Of a DNA stretch of 41,074 nt, positions 8,474 to 18,874 are shown one piece after another (position 1 is the first letter of the stretch; each line of letters starts with the position of its first letter). The translations under genes and the position numbers were made by a program. The stretch is from a virus (Duplodnaviria > Caudoviricetes), in IMG/VR virus record IMGVR_UViG_3300011113_000340, positions 1-41,074 of that record; one strand, 5' to 3'. The notes beneath the pieces are model-generated. The model did no database searches. It saw only the letters and a program-made list of their open reading frames with translations, and was not told the origin of the DNA.

Positions 8474-11400
8474 TTAGAATCCCGTTATAAGTTTACCCGT
8501 GCGCAACCCCTCAGAAACGGCACCGTAGTCGCGCTTCTGCTTCTTCTGCTTGCCTTCCAGTTCCTCGATGAACTCGGTAATCTGTTTACCTGTAGCCAGG
8601 CGCACCGCGTTCCCCTCGCCTTTGGAAATCCTGATAACCAAATCTTGCAGGCTGTCCCCCTTCTTGATGCGGGTCTGCAGCCACTTGTAGTCGATACCAG
8701 CGTCAGCGGCAGCCTTCTTGGCTTGGGCGGAAAGTTCCATCTGGCGACCGAATGCGGCACTGTTGATAGTTTTTTCGTTCAGCACAGTCAAACCGTACGG
8801 TGTGCCCACCAGCAGGCCGAACATGTTGGAGATGCGTCGTTCGCGGTCCACATCAAACCCGACCGTGGAGGCAAAGCGGCGGCCAGTGTTCAGGTACGGG
8901 ACATTGTTCTCCACCGTCTTACGCACCTTGTCCCCAATTGAACTGTACTCGTATCCGTATTCAAAGTTGCGGTTCGTCAACCATTCGATAGTCGTCTTAC
9001 CAACAGGACCAAGCATGTTCACAAACTCTCGTGTACGAGGCACAGGGAACGGAATCGAGCCAAGGTATCGGACCTCGAACATTCGGTCCACATCGGCCAT
9101 CGGAAGTTTGTTGAACAGGGCCAGATGGTTCCCACCGAAAGTAAAGTATGAGGCGAACCCGTTCTGCAACTGCATCCACTCTGGCAGATAGTCGTTCAAC
9201 CATTGAGCATCCTCATCGGCAGCCATGGCACGCTGGAACTCCTCGTTCGCTTTCACCAGTTTGCCCATCCGGTCTGGAGACAGGAATGTGGCCCGCAACT
9301 GGAGCGGCACATTGTTTCGTGCCCAGGTATAGAACGGAATGAACCGCTTCACCCACACTTCAGCACCAGCCAAATCTTGGTAGTTGAAGTGCAGCATGTA
9401 GGTCAAGTCCATGGCTGAGTCAAGGTTGCCAAAGCGGCGGTATCCGCTGACGAACGCAGCGAACCGCAAGTAGATTTCTGATGCCTGTGCCAGGTCGCTG
9501 AACGCTGTCTGTACACGGTTGTCCAACAAAGATTTGATGATTCGGCGGTATGAGGACTCGGCCTTGCCGACAGGCTCATCCGTGAACTCTACGGTGATGT
9601 TGCCAAGGAGGCGGGTCGGACGCTTCGTGCTCAAACCAGTCTTCAGCAACTCTTGCCTGTGGAAGAAGGTGTCGGTGTCGAAATGGCCACCGCGTTCAAA
9701 GAACTCGATGTACAGGTCAGCAACTGACTTATCACCGATTTTGATTTTGCCCATCTTCTTTTCCAGTTCCGTAGAAATCTTGTCAATCAGTTCATCAGGG
9801 AATACATTCGGGTTATCTTTCTGCGCTTTACGAATCGTCTCTACCGTGGTTGACAGCATCTTAGCAGAGATAGCATGGTCGCGTACCGATACTCCACCCA
9901 AGAAGTTGTTGGCATGGCCACCGACCGTGTTGTTGAGAACGAACGCAGGGCCACGACCGACGGTGGCAGCGACACGCCACACGAGTGCGGCAGGGTCATA
10001 AATTCTGGCAAGAAACTTCTCCCACTCGGTCTGGTCCCCGTGCAAACGATAGATATCTTCAAGCACCCCGCGAACGCCTTTCGTCGTCCACACATCACGC
10101 AACGAAGATGGGACTCTGGCCCCGCCTTTAGCGCCGACACGCATAAACTCGTCTTCAACGAACAGTTGACGCTGCAACTCTGATTCACGCAGTTTGTTCA
10201 AAGTGAGTGCATCCTCGCCACGCTTATCCACTTGATGCAAGACGCTGCGCTGCTTTATGCTCAAGTCGGACAGGTCTTCTTTAGTGATAAGTTCGCGGAT
10301 AGTCTTGTACGACTGCACCATGTCCCCGACCACCTGCATCTGCGATGACAGGCGCAGGCCAGCCAGGCTGTCAGCAAACTCCTCAAGGCGCTTACCGTCA
10401 GCGATAACCATGGTCAACCTGAACTGGTCCGAGGACATTCTATCAGCCAACTGCACAATCTTTGCTGCATATTCGCGACCGATACCAGTGGCCTTCTTTC
10501 TGGTGCTGTACTCAAGAACACTGAACAAAAGTTTCTTTGCCCGCTCGTGGAGCGCCTTTGCAGTCTCGTAAGTAAGTTTTGCATTCTCGTAAGCAGCCCG
10601 AGCCTCAGGTGTCATCTTCGCCAACTCTTCAGGCTTCTTCGTAAACCTGCGACCTGTCTCGGCAGCAGTCTCCAAGAAACGGCGACGGTAGGTTACATAC
10701 ACATTGACAACGCTTTCCAAACGGGCAGCCCTTTGAAAGGTCGTGTCGGCACTGGCAGCCCGCAGTTCATTTACTGCGATACGGCGAAGGCTGCGCAAGT
10801 TGTCAAGTTCTTCGGCTGCACGAACTTGCAACTGTAGGGCTTCTTCAAACAGGTTGAACCGCTCAACCTGAGCAGGTCCAAGTTCGTTGAGAATGTCTTG
10901 GCGCAACTGTTTGGCGAACTCCAGTTCGTTCCTGGCACCAGCAAGGGTGACCTCTTCGACAGCCAACTTCTGCTGTGCCGCAGCGGCAGCCTGCTGTGCT
11001 TCAGGGAGCAAGGCTTTGGCAACTACAGGGCGAGAACTCCAGTTCGGGTCATAGATTGGCAAAGCGGCATCAGCAGCCAACTCGTTGGCTTCGGCGGCAG
11101 TTGCCTCGGCTTTGCGAGTTGCTTTCGTGGTGCGTGCAGCAGCGTTGCGGGCAACCCTCTGTGCCTCCTCAACCGACTGCTCAACACCGGACTGGCCGTA
11201 CTCTTGCAACACCCGCTGCGCCGAAGGAACCGTAGGGCGGGCTTGGCGGGCAGCCTGACGGGCGGCACGCAGGTTTGCAGTCGCAGTATCAATCTGTGCA
11301 TCGATGGTGGCAACCTGTGCCTCGGCATCCTTGATGCGCTGCATCACATCTTGCTGCACCTTTGAAACTTCAGCCTGGTCGATGGCGGCCTTAAACTCTT

Positions 11401-13468
11401 TCTCGGTCTGGTCCAACATCTCCTCGGCACGGGCCACAATCTTGCTGGTCACACCAGCCTTGGAACCGAGAGATGCGATAAATGATGCAGCGTTGCGCTC
11501 ATTCAACTGCTTGCGAACCTCACTCGGCAGCACCGAGATAGTGCCAGTCAACTCCAGAGCGTCGATGAGACGCTTGTGTGTAACCGCGTTGTGCACCTCA
11601 TGCAGGTATTTCAACATGGCTTTCGTCGGGTCTTCTTCGTACAAACCTTGGAACTTCTTTTCACCGATGGTCACTTCACCAATCTCGTCGTTAGCAGCCT
11701 TAGGGCTGAGGGCGGTCACATCTTTGTCGATTTTAAATCCGCGCAACTTAGCCAACTCTTCATCTGGAATGTACTCAATCTCTTGGGTACGGGAAACACC
11801 AGGGCTGTAGCGCAACTCTTCTGGTCCTTTCAATGCACCAGAGACACGCAACGCTTCGTACACATCGTCGCGGAACATTAGCGGTCGCCACTGTTCGCCA
11901 AGGTTTCGGACGGAGAACCCTGCAGCAATCTTCAAATCTCTGGCGGCGTTGAGATGCTGGCCGAACGAGTCAGCAACCATCTTGGCGATTGCGTCAAGTT
12001 CTTCCAACTCCGCATCAGCAATACGCTTCGTCGTACCTTCGGCAAGGCGGTCAGCAAGTTCGGTGTTCACCGACACGGGGGCAGCAGGGTGCCAGAAGTA
12101 GTGAATCAATTGGTTCTCATAATACGCCGCTTTGTTTTTGTCGGTGATGCCGTTGCGCACAGCCTGCGCTCTGGTGGCTACTTCGTTTTCAAAGGAGGTG
12201 AACTTACGGCTATCTCTACCAAACTTCGCCATCTCATCTTTGAAAGACACATAGGTGAGCAGCGTGTCTTTATCTAACGGCGCTTTCAACGGCACCCCTG
12301 GAATCAGCGCCTTCTTCGTTTCGGCCCAAGCCTTACCGTATCGGCCTTGGAAGTTGCGTGAAAAGAACTGTCCGCTGCTGGAAGCGGAAGCGCGGAACAG
12401 GGCTTCGTTAACCACATTCGTTGCGATGTTGCCCTCTCCTTTACCTCCGGCTATGCGGGCAATAGGCTTGCCACGGAACGGTGTTTTGATGTACAAGCCA
12501 CCAGAAATCAGTTTAGCGGTTTCGGTACCCAACTCTTTTGGCAGCGTTTCGATGAACTCTTTGGCTGCCTTCTCTGCCACATCAGCCTTCGCTCCAGAGG
12601 TGACAAACAGTTCGGTAAGGCCACGAGTGATTCCACTACGACCGAAACGGTACAGGTTGGCACCAATCAAAGAACCAAGGTGATTACCGGCGGCACGGAT
12701 TTTCAAATCCGGTTTTAGGATTCCATTTGCATCGGTTATCTGCCGGACGATACCCTCTTCTCCGAGTTTGAACTTCTGTCCAGTGAGGGAACTTTCGAAC
12801 AAAGTGTCAATGACTTTAGTGGAATCAATACCGTTGTTGGCAAGCGCCTTGCTCATTGGGGCAAGCATTGTTTCGCCTTCGCGGACGGCGAGGGCAGCGA
12901 TAGATTTGCGGGACAGTGGACCACCGATAGTACCAAGCCAACTAACAGGGTCGGTTGCAATATCGAACACCAGTGCGCCACCCCACTTGGCAAGGCGGGT
13001 TGGGAAGTCGTCATCTTCCTGTACACGGAAAATGTCGCCACCAGTGATAGCGAACTCACCACGAGCAGAACGGACCGCAGCCTCCAGTGGCCCGTACTTG
13101 TCAAGGGCTTCGCGGGCCGTCTCATCATCGAACGGCAAACCAAACGCATCGGCAGCGAACGCGGTGACCGCGCGAGCAGGGGCGGTAAGGATACCAGTTT
13201 CCTGGCCCAACAGTTTTGTCAGCAGGCCTTCGCGCTGCTTGTCTTTTGGCTTCTGTCCGAGGGCTTTGAGGATTTTAAGACTTGACTGTATCGAGCCGAT
13301 GCGCCCCATCAAATCGTTGAACGATTCGTTGGATGCGGTTTTTACAGCAAAATTACCACGGCCCAGGGACAGGCCAGCGTTGTTGAAAAGCGAGGCTGCT
13401 GAACTTGACTTCTTGGACTTACCCTTCTTGTCAAGCAGTAGGCTGCTGAGGAAATCTACATCAGCCAT
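8474..13468 (-). CDS. large internal virion / DNA ejection protein
   Basis: 1664 aa, helical/coiled coil, C-terminal FIPFYTWARNNVP typical of podoviral large internal proteins; third gene after the nozzle. Confidence 0.7.
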   Translation of the reverse strand: MADVDFLSSLLLDKKGKSKKSSSAASLFNNAGLSLGRGNFAVKTASNESFNDLMGRIGSIQSSLKILKALGQKPKDKQREGLLTKLLGQETGILTAPARAVTAFAADAFGLPFDDETAREALDKYGPLEAAVRSARGEFAITGGDIFRVQEDDDFPTRLAKWGGALVFDIATDPVSWLGTIGGPLSRKSIAALAVREGETMLAPMSKALANNGIDSTKVIDTLFESSLTGQKFKLGEEGIVRQITDANGILKPDLKIRAAGNHLGSLIGANLYRFGRSGITRGLTELFVTSGAKADVAEKAAKEFIETLPKELGTETAKLISGGLYIKTPFRGKPIARIAGGKGEGNIATNVVNEALFRASASSSGQFFSRNFQGRYGKAWAETKKALIPGVPLKAPLDKDTLLTYVSFKDEMAKFGRDSRKFTSFENEVATRAQAVRNGITDKNKAAYYENQLIHYFWHPAAPVSVNTELADRLAEGTTKRIADAELEELDAIAKMVADSFGQHLNAARDLKIAAGFSVRNLGEQWRPLMFRDDVYEALRVSGALKGPEELRYSPGVSRTQEIEYIPDEELAKLRGFKIDKDVTALSPKAANDEIGEVTIGEKKFQGLYEEDPTKAMLKYLHEVHNAVTHKRLIDALELTGTISVLPSEVRKQLNERNAASFIASLGSKAGVTSKIVARAEEMLDQTEKEFKAAIDQAEVSKVQQDVMQRIKDAEAQVATIDAQIDTATANLRAARQAARQARPTVPSAQRVLQEYGQSGVEQSVEEAQRVARNAAARTTKATRKAEATAAEANELAADAALPIYDPNWSSRPVVAKALLPEAQQAAAAAQQKLAVEEVTLAGARNELEFAKQLRQDILNELGPAQVERFNLFEEALQLQVRAAEELDNLRSLRRIAVNELRAASADTTFQRAARLESVVNVYVTYRRRFLETAAETGRRFTKKPEELAKMTPEARAAYENAKLTYETAKALHERAKKLLFSVLEYSTRKKATGIGREYAAKIVQLADRMSSDQFRLTMVIADGKRLEEFADSLAGLRLSSQMQVVGDMVQSYKTIRELITKEDLSDLSIKQRSVLHQVDKRGEDALTLNKLRESELQRQLFVEDEFMRVGAKGGARVPSSLRDVWTTKGVRGVLEDIYRLHGDQTEWEKFLARIYDPAALVWRVAATVGRGPAFVLNNTVGGHANNFLGGVSVRDHAISAKMLSTTVETIRKAQKDNPNVFPDELIDKISTELEKKMGKIKIGDKSVADLYIEFFERGGHFDTDTFFHRQELLKTGLSTKRPTRLLGNITVEFTDEPVGKAESSYRRIIKSLLDNRVQTAFSDLAQASEIYLRFAAFVSGYRRFGNLDSAMDLTYMLHFNYQDLAGAEVWVKRFIPFYTWARNNVPLQLRATFLSPDRMGKLVKANEEFQRAMAADEDAQWLNDYLPEWMQLQNGFASYFTFGGNHLALFNKLPMADVDRMFEVRYLGSIPFPVPRTREFVNMLGPVGKTTIEWLTNRNFEYGYEYSSIGDKVRKTVENNVPYLNTGRRFASTVGFDVDRERRISNMFGLLVGTPYGLTVLNEKTINSAAFGRQMELSAQAKKAAADAGIDYKWLQTRIKKGDSLQDLVIRISKGEGNAVRLATGKQITEFIEELEGKQKKQKRDYGAVSEGLRTGKLITGF

Positions 13469-13474
13469 AGGCGG

Positions 13475-14566
13475 TTATTCTCCGCCAAGTGCGCTCAATA
13501 TTCCAGGAAATGCTTTAAGCAAATCTGCTCCACTACCGTAGCCAAGTCTTGCAGCGGCCTTGTCAAGTCTCTTCACAGTATCAGGGTCGGTCTCGCGGAG
13601 AATCTCAAGCAGCACTGGAGCCTGACCAGCACTCTGACCAGCAGTTATGTCTTTCAAAGCCGCCTCCAGGTACAGTTCATTTATACGGTTCCGACCCGCA
13701 GCAGCGGCAGCAGAAGCCTGCGCCTGTGCCTGAGCCAATCGGGCAGCCGCACGGTTACGCTGCTCGAGCATAGCCTGCTGCTGAGCCATCGTCAACATGT
13801 CTATAAAGTTTTGCGACACAGCCCCACCTTGTTCTGCTTGTGCACGGGCAATGTCGTAAATGTTTTGAGCCTGTGCACCAGTCGCAGCAGCAAGATAGTT
13901 AGCAAGGTCTCCACCTTGAGCCGGAATTGTTTGTGCGGCCAACGCAGCCTCACCAGACATAGGGGCAAGACCAGCAGTCGGTGAATCTGGTGTCACCATG
14001 GGCTGGCCAGCCTGAGCACCGAGGCGGTTGTACAAGTTCTCAATGTCGGCAGCGAGGTTGATGCCGGAACGGGCCTCGGCAGCACCAGAGCGGGCACGGG
14101 AAGCGGCAAGACCAGAGTACATGTCTCGTAGTGCGGCAGCACGATTCTGCCCATAGGTGCCCATCTGGTTCCAGTAGTTTTTAAGGTTCTGCATCTCTTG
14201 CTGGTTGAGTCGCTGTGCAGCAGACACCATTCCACCACCAGCACCGCCACCACCGTCAAGGTAGCCCATGGCCCGCAACTTGTCCAGCGTCTGCACATTC
14301 GTCAATGCTGGCGTAGGTGAGACTGTGGGAGCAGTGGTGGTTGTCGTGGCGGAGGGCTGGTCTCCATACCACAAACGGTTAAGGCCAGAAAAAATGTCCT
14401 TGTAGCCAGCCTGCAATCCTCCGTAAAGACGGCCAAGTCCTCCTTGTGGTCCGTATTCACCACGAAGCCACTGCTCAGAGGCACTTTCCTCTGGAGAAGT
14501 AGCAGCCCCAGCAATACCACCAACGGCACCAAGGCCGAGAAGAATAGGAATAATTGGTGCTACCAT
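13475..14566 (-). CDS. putative internal virion (ejection/pilot) protein
   Basis: N-terminal hydrophobic Gly-zipper (ILLGLGAVGGIAGAA), Ala/Gln-rich helices. Confidence 0.65.
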   Translation of the reverse strand: MVAPIIPILLGLGAVGGIAGAATSPEESASEQWLRGEYGPQGGLGRLYGGLQAGYKDIFSGLNRLWYGDQPSATTTTTAPTVSPTPALTNVQTLDKLRAMGYLDGGGGAGGGMVSAAQRLNQQEMQNLKNYWNQMGTYGQNRAAALRDMYSGLAASRARSGAAEARSGINLAADIENLYNRLGAQAGQPMVTPDSPTAGLAPMSGEAALAAQTIPAQGGDLANYLAAATGAQAQNIYDIARAQAEQGGAVSQNFIDMLTMAQQQAMLEQRNRAAARLAQAQAQASAAAAAGRNRINELYLEAALKDITAGQSAGQAPVLLEILRETDPDTVKRLDKAAARLGYGSGADLLKAFPGILSALGGE

Positions 14567-14568
14567 AA

Positions 14569-15402
14569 CTATTTAGTCCCTCCTGGACTCATACCGAGAA
14601 GTTTTGCCAAGTTATCGTTAGACAACGCGGCGATTTGAAGTGCACGCCAATCCTCAAGGTCACTCTTGCGGCGGCGGCCCGTACCCAAAATACCTTGCTC
14701 AGCGCGCAAGTAGTTCTCTAACGCCGCCATCCGCGCAGCCTCAGCATCAAGGGCGGCGGCACGACCAGAACCATACACTTGGTCAAGGGCAGAACCAATC
14801 AACGCCGGAGAAGAACCAAGACCAGATTCTGCCATCGCGGCACCAACATCTGTAGCAAGACCTGTTGCGTAGGCTCGAGCCTGACGGCCAGCCATAGCGG
14901 CTTCGCGCATTGCGGCGCGTTTTGCAAGTTGCTGTTCAAGAAGTGCCTTCTGCTCTTCGGTGCGAACATTGCTCAACTGCTCCAAGTACCAACGCTGCAA
15001 CTCTGGTGGCAACGACGGAAGATTCTTACCAGCCTCAGTATCAACCTTGGTTCCCTTGTTCTTGTTTTTGTTTTTATTACCGCCAGCATTTTTTACTGCT
15101 AAAGCAGGAGCAGTATACGCCGGACCAGTTGGCTTCGTAAACGGCATCATCGTCAATGGGGATGTGGGCTTTTGAGCACCACGGTTATAGGCTGACTGCG
15201 GAAGGCTGCCCATTGACGGGTAGCCACGGTTTGTTCCATAAGAAACCGTTCCACCCATAGGGGGATACGGGTAAGTTGCTCTGGGCGTATAGGTATAGTT
15301 GTAATTGGGCGCATCCGAGCCGTAGCCTCGGTCGTCACGCCGCTGGCGACGCTGCTCCTCCCTGTCGGCTGGACCATAAGAAATTCTATTAGACGGTGGC
15401 AT
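14569..15402 (-). CDS. putative internal virion protein
   Basis: Start MPPSN at 15402 (GAGGAG SD, late motif); disordered N-terminus, Ala/Gln helical C-terminus. Confidence 0.65.
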   Translation of the reverse strand: MPPSNRISYGPADREEQRRQRRDDRGYGSDAPNYNYTYTPRATYPYPPMGGTVSYGTNRGYPSMGSLPQSAYNRGAQKPTSPLTMMPFTKPTGPAYTAPALAVKNAGGNKNKNKNKGTKVDTEAGKNLPSLPPELQRWYLEQLSNVRTEEQKALLEQQLAKRAAMREAAMAGRQARAYATGLATDVGAAMAESGLGSSPALIGSALDQVYGSGRAAALDAEAARMAALENYLRAEQGILGTGRRRKSDLEDWRALQIAALSNDNLAKLLGMSPGGTK

Positions 15403-15417
15403 ACGATACTCCTCTAC

Positions 15418-15435
15418 TAAAGCCGCTTGTGGGGA
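15418..15435 (-). promoter_or_regulatory. late motif copy (TCCCCAC-AAG-CGGCTTTA)
   Basis: Intergenic; supports the start at 15402. Confidence 0.75.
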
Positions 15436-15436
15436 A

Positions 15437-18088
15437 TCACAGGTCTCCCACCCGTGGGGTTGCCCCCGTGACCCAGAACGATGCCGACTGCAACTGGACA
15501 TACCCAGTGAAGGTGGCGGTGGCTGAACACATGGCCTGCGGTCCGATACCAGTGTTTACAATGAACTCACCCAAAATACCCGCATTATTGTAGGTGCGGT
15601 TCAAAGTGTTCGTATACTGCACATCCGGCAGCGACACTGCGCCAGGGACATTCAGAGCACCAGTAGACTGGATTTTTACGGTACCCACAGTGCAACTGGT
15701 TGGGGTGGAGAAAGTCATACCGAACTTGTGCCAGTTGGTACGAAGATGGCTTGACCCGTCTCCAGCGGTGAGGGTGGATACTGTGATGGTGAGTGGGCTG
15801 TTGTCGTAGGTGGCGCGCTCACTATCAGGGGCAAACGCAGTCATTCTGCACACCTTGCCACCCATCACAAAGAACAGTTCTTGGTTTGCACCAATCATAG
15901 AACTAATAGACGACGGGACATTAACCTCAGTCCAGCATGCGGTGCCGCTACGACCATCGGGTGCTGAATCCATCATCGTCAAACACAGGAGCCTGCCATC
16001 ACGCCAGGCGAACAGGTTCTTGCCAAGTTCAGCAACATGGTCGTTCTCGGTAGCGCCTTTCGGTTGTTTTGGACCATACCTGTCAAGGCGGTCGCAGTCT
16101 TTGCCGTTCGTATACCAGATGCCGCCAAGTCGGTCAACGAACACCACGACACCAGCCTCAGACCATGTGGTTGAGTAGGCGCGATATGTTTTAGCGTTCC
16201 GCTTCGGTGCGCCAAGACCGCCTCGAACAAGTTCAATTCGAACGGCGTTCGGGTCGCTCGCAAGGGCGTACTGGATGAGACGGTCAATGTATCCACGGAT
16301 GCGGTACACTCCGTCATTCTGTGAACCTGCCGTAGTGATAACAATGATAGTGTCATCGAGGGTGTGCAAGCCGACAATCTGCACATCCGTCTTACCTGGA
16401 GTGAGCACACCTCTTGGGTCAAACTGGTCAATGTCTGCACCAGTGGAGAAGTAGATAGAGTTGCGGTGCGGACCAGTGTTGCTGTCGTTCAGCAAATGTG
16501 TCGCGGTGTTCAAGTTTGTGACCGCCTTCAACTTGGTTTCCGAAACAGAAGCAGTTACCCAAATGTCTGTCCAACTGTTAGGAATAGGCTGATACTCTCC
16601 GACATAGTTGATGTAGTCGTAGCACACTGCGCGACCAACAGGGGAGATGGCGGTACCAGAGCAGGCAACTGAGGCGATAGTAACTGCTTTGAGATACTCA
16701 AATGTGTTGGCATTCGGTATAGCGTTGATGACATAGAAGCCGTCAACGAGGGCATCTACACCATTCACATACACCGTATCTCCTTCCAAAAACCCGTGGT
16801 TTGCGGCGGTAAGAATCACCTTGGTGCCGTCGGCCTCTTTGTTGGTGACATTCACCTGCGGGGATGCGGTGTTCGCACTTGCCGTGTTCACCTGGAACGA
16901 GTAAGTGGAAGGTCCGGCGTTCACCGTATAGGTTCCATTGTACAATGCGCCAATACGAGAAATCTCTACCGTCTCACCAGCGGTGAAACCGTGCGCCTCG
17001 ACAGTAGTAAAAGTGGCAACACCGCTGTTAATGTTGTAGTCCACGATTGTGCCAACCATGTTAGAGTCATCTTTGAAGTATACAACTTCGCCGCTGTGGA
17101 TAAAAATGACCCGTGAAAAGTCTGGAATAACTGCAGGGTCCGGCCACTGGATTTGGTATTCGTCGTTAGCAAACTCGCTCAAACCTGTGGTGCTGGACAG
17201 AAATGCCTCAGTCGTAGTCGGGGTTTCTGTCGTCAAATCGGAACGCCACTCAATATCCCCAAGCAACAAAGTGCCGCCCTTCATCGTACCCACATTCGCC
17301 CGAGGGATAATACCAGCCCCAGGCTGCAGCGCAGCATCAATCGTCAGATACAGATACGGGTGCATCGCCCGATACGGGCTTGTGTCAGTGAACCAGTTCG
17401 GCACCGACACATAGGTGTTGTTGCCCACAAAAGCCTTAATGAAATCTCCTTCCTCTTTGTCGTGCATTGGGACGCGGCGCACATTTGGGAATGTGATAGC
17501 CTTGCAAGAATCGTTGGTTGTGTCCACAAACACGATGACAACCTGCTGACCTGCACCATCGGCAGCCCCGTTCAAAGTAGTGCTGTTCAGCATCACCGCA
17601 CTTGTGGCCGTCAAAGTAAACGCAGGGGGTGTATCCTTCGAAGGGTTATCTGGGTCAGCGTTGTCAGGTGTTGTAGCATACTTGTACAACTGAAGCGGAA
17701 GCGTACACACAAACTTGTAATCGGTGTTTGACTGGATGTTGATAGTGTCGCCGTCAGCATCCTTGTTTTCGGCGGTAGTAATCTGCGACCAAGACACCGC
17801 ATTAGCAGTAGTGTAGGCTACCGTAGCCGCAGGAGATTTCGCCCACCAGATAGTACCATTAGTCTTAATCGCTACAAGATAGGTGCCAGTTGTAGCCACC
17901 AAAGGATACACCGCATGCACACCCGTAAACGATGAGCCAACCGTCTGCATCGGCCACTGGCTTTCAAAGTTCAAATCAGATGAAGGGATGATACCTTTCA
18001 GTTGCGCCCACTGGCGCGAAGAGAAGTCGTCGGGGACGGTGGATTCTTGGATGCCACCAGAGAAGTCATTGATAGTAATCTTTTTCAT
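15437..18088 (-). CDS. tail nozzle / tubular protein B-like, with two inserted HGF-x-x-G-D/E-T-V beta modules
   Basis: N-terminal ITINDFSGGI, beta-propeller character, follows the adaptor; AHGFTAGETV and NHGFLEGDTV repeats. Confidence 0.7.
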   Translation of the reverse strand: MKKITINDFSGGIQESTVPDDFSSRQWAQLKGIIPSSDLNFESQWPMQTVGSSFTGVHAVYPLVATTGTYLVAIKTNGTIWWAKSPAATVAYTTANAVSWSQITTAENKDADGDTINIQSNTDYKFVCTLPLQLYKYATTPDNADPDNPSKDTPPAFTLTATSAVMLNSTTLNGAADGAGQQVVIVFVDTTNDSCKAITFPNVRRVPMHDKEEGDFIKAFVGNNTYVSVPNWFTDTSPYRAMHPYLYLTIDAALQPGAGIIPRANVGTMKGGTLLLGDIEWRSDLTTETPTTTEAFLSSTTGLSEFANDEYQIQWPDPAVIPDFSRVIFIHSGEVVYFKDDSNMVGTIVDYNINSGVATFTTVEAHGFTAGETVEISRIGALYNGTYTVNAGPSTYSFQVNTASANTASPQVNVTNKEADGTKVILTAANHGFLEGDTVYVNGVDALVDGFYVINAIPNANTFEYLKAVTIASVACSGTAISPVGRAVCYDYINYVGEYQPIPNSWTDIWVTASVSETKLKAVTNLNTATHLLNDSNTGPHRNSIYFSTGADIDQFDPRGVLTPGKTDVQIVGLHTLDDTIIVITTAGSQNDGVYRIRGYIDRLIQYALASDPNAVRIELVRGGLGAPKRNAKTYRAYSTTWSEAGVVVFVDRLGGIWYTNGKDCDRLDRYGPKQPKGATENDHVAELGKNLFAWRDGRLLCLTMMDSAPDGRSGTACWTEVNVPSSISSMIGANQELFFVMGGKVCRMTAFAPDSERATYDNSPLTITVSTLTAGDGSSHLRTNWHKFGMTFSTPTSCTVGTVKIQSTGALNVPGAVSLPDVQYTNTLNRTYNNAGILGEFIVNTGIGPQAMCSATATFTGYVQLQSASFWVTGATPRVGDL

Positions 18089-18100
18089 GTGTTCCCCCTA

Positions 18101-18763
18101 TCAGGCAGGACGGAACCACGGGAAGTACTTCCGCGTCTCCACCCCGTCTTCACCCATCTGGAAGGTACGAGAATCATGGTCCAACTCGTACAGGTTAAAC
18201 ATTCCGTCAAGCATGCTTCCATACTCGGAAATGAAATACTCGGAGCGGTTCGTATCGTCAGACAAAAACTGCAGCACCTTCACCGCTGCACGATACGCCA
18301 GCATCGCATGAAACTGCTCGGCAAACACCGGAACATCCGTGTTCGTAGACAAGTTCACATTCGCAACACTGTAGCGGACCTTCACCGTCTTCGGGGCTAC
18401 CTGCTCAGGGGCGAAACGGAACACACCAGAGAAGTTCACATCGTACTTCACCTTCGTGTCATTCGGCTCCACATGGTCCAATTCGGAGGTGCCGATGATT
18501 TCCTCAACCGCACCGTTATCACCCACCAGATACGCAGATACCACACGGCGAGTACCGTTAGGCAGGTTGATAGTGTGAACACCTGACACAGCCGCAGGCA
18601 TGGCCACCACATAGGTAGATTCCAGCCAATCCCAATCCCGCTCACGAGCCACCTCATTATAGGCCTCGTTAATCCAGGTGGTCAGTAAAGTGTCCGAAAC
18701 AACATCGGTGGAAAACACCCCCGTTAAATCTCGAACATGTAGGCGCAAGGCAGCAAGGTTCAT
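18101..18763 (-). CDS. head-tail adaptor (tubular protein A / gp4-like)
   Basis: LTTWINEAYNEV...WDWLE...PVFAEQFHAMLAYRAA; directly after the capsid gene. Confidence 0.75.
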   Translation of the reverse strand: MNLAALRLHVRDLTGVFSTDVVSDTLLTTWINEAYNEVARERDWDWLESTYVVAMPAAVSGVHTINLPNGTRRVVSAYLVGDNGAVEEIIGTSELDHVEPNDTKVKYDVNFSGVFRFAPEQVAPKTVKVRYSVANVNLSTNTDVPVFAEQFHAMLAYRAAVKVLQFLSDDTNRSEYFISEYGSMLDGMFNLYELDHDSRTFQMGEDGVETRKYFPWFRPA

Positions 18764-18785
18764 GAATACTCCGTATATCCTCAAT

Positions 18786-18803
18786 CATAGCCGCAGGTGG
18801 GGA
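18786..18803 (-). promoter_or_regulatory. late motif copy (TCCCCAC-CTG-CGGCTATG)
   Basis: Just downstream of the capsid terminator, consistent with re-initiation. Confidence 0.75.
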
Positions 18804-18814
18804 GTTCCTCCCCC

Positions 18815-18853
18815 AAAAGGAAAGGCCCCCACCCCCCGTGGGGAGTGGAGGCC
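18815..18853 (-). terminator. intrinsic terminator after major capsid gene
   Basis: GGCCTCCACTCCC..GGGGGTGGGGGCC hairpin followed by TTTCCTTTT on the minus strand. Confidence 0.8.
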
Positions 18854-18874
18854 AGACCTTCCGGCTACTAGGAA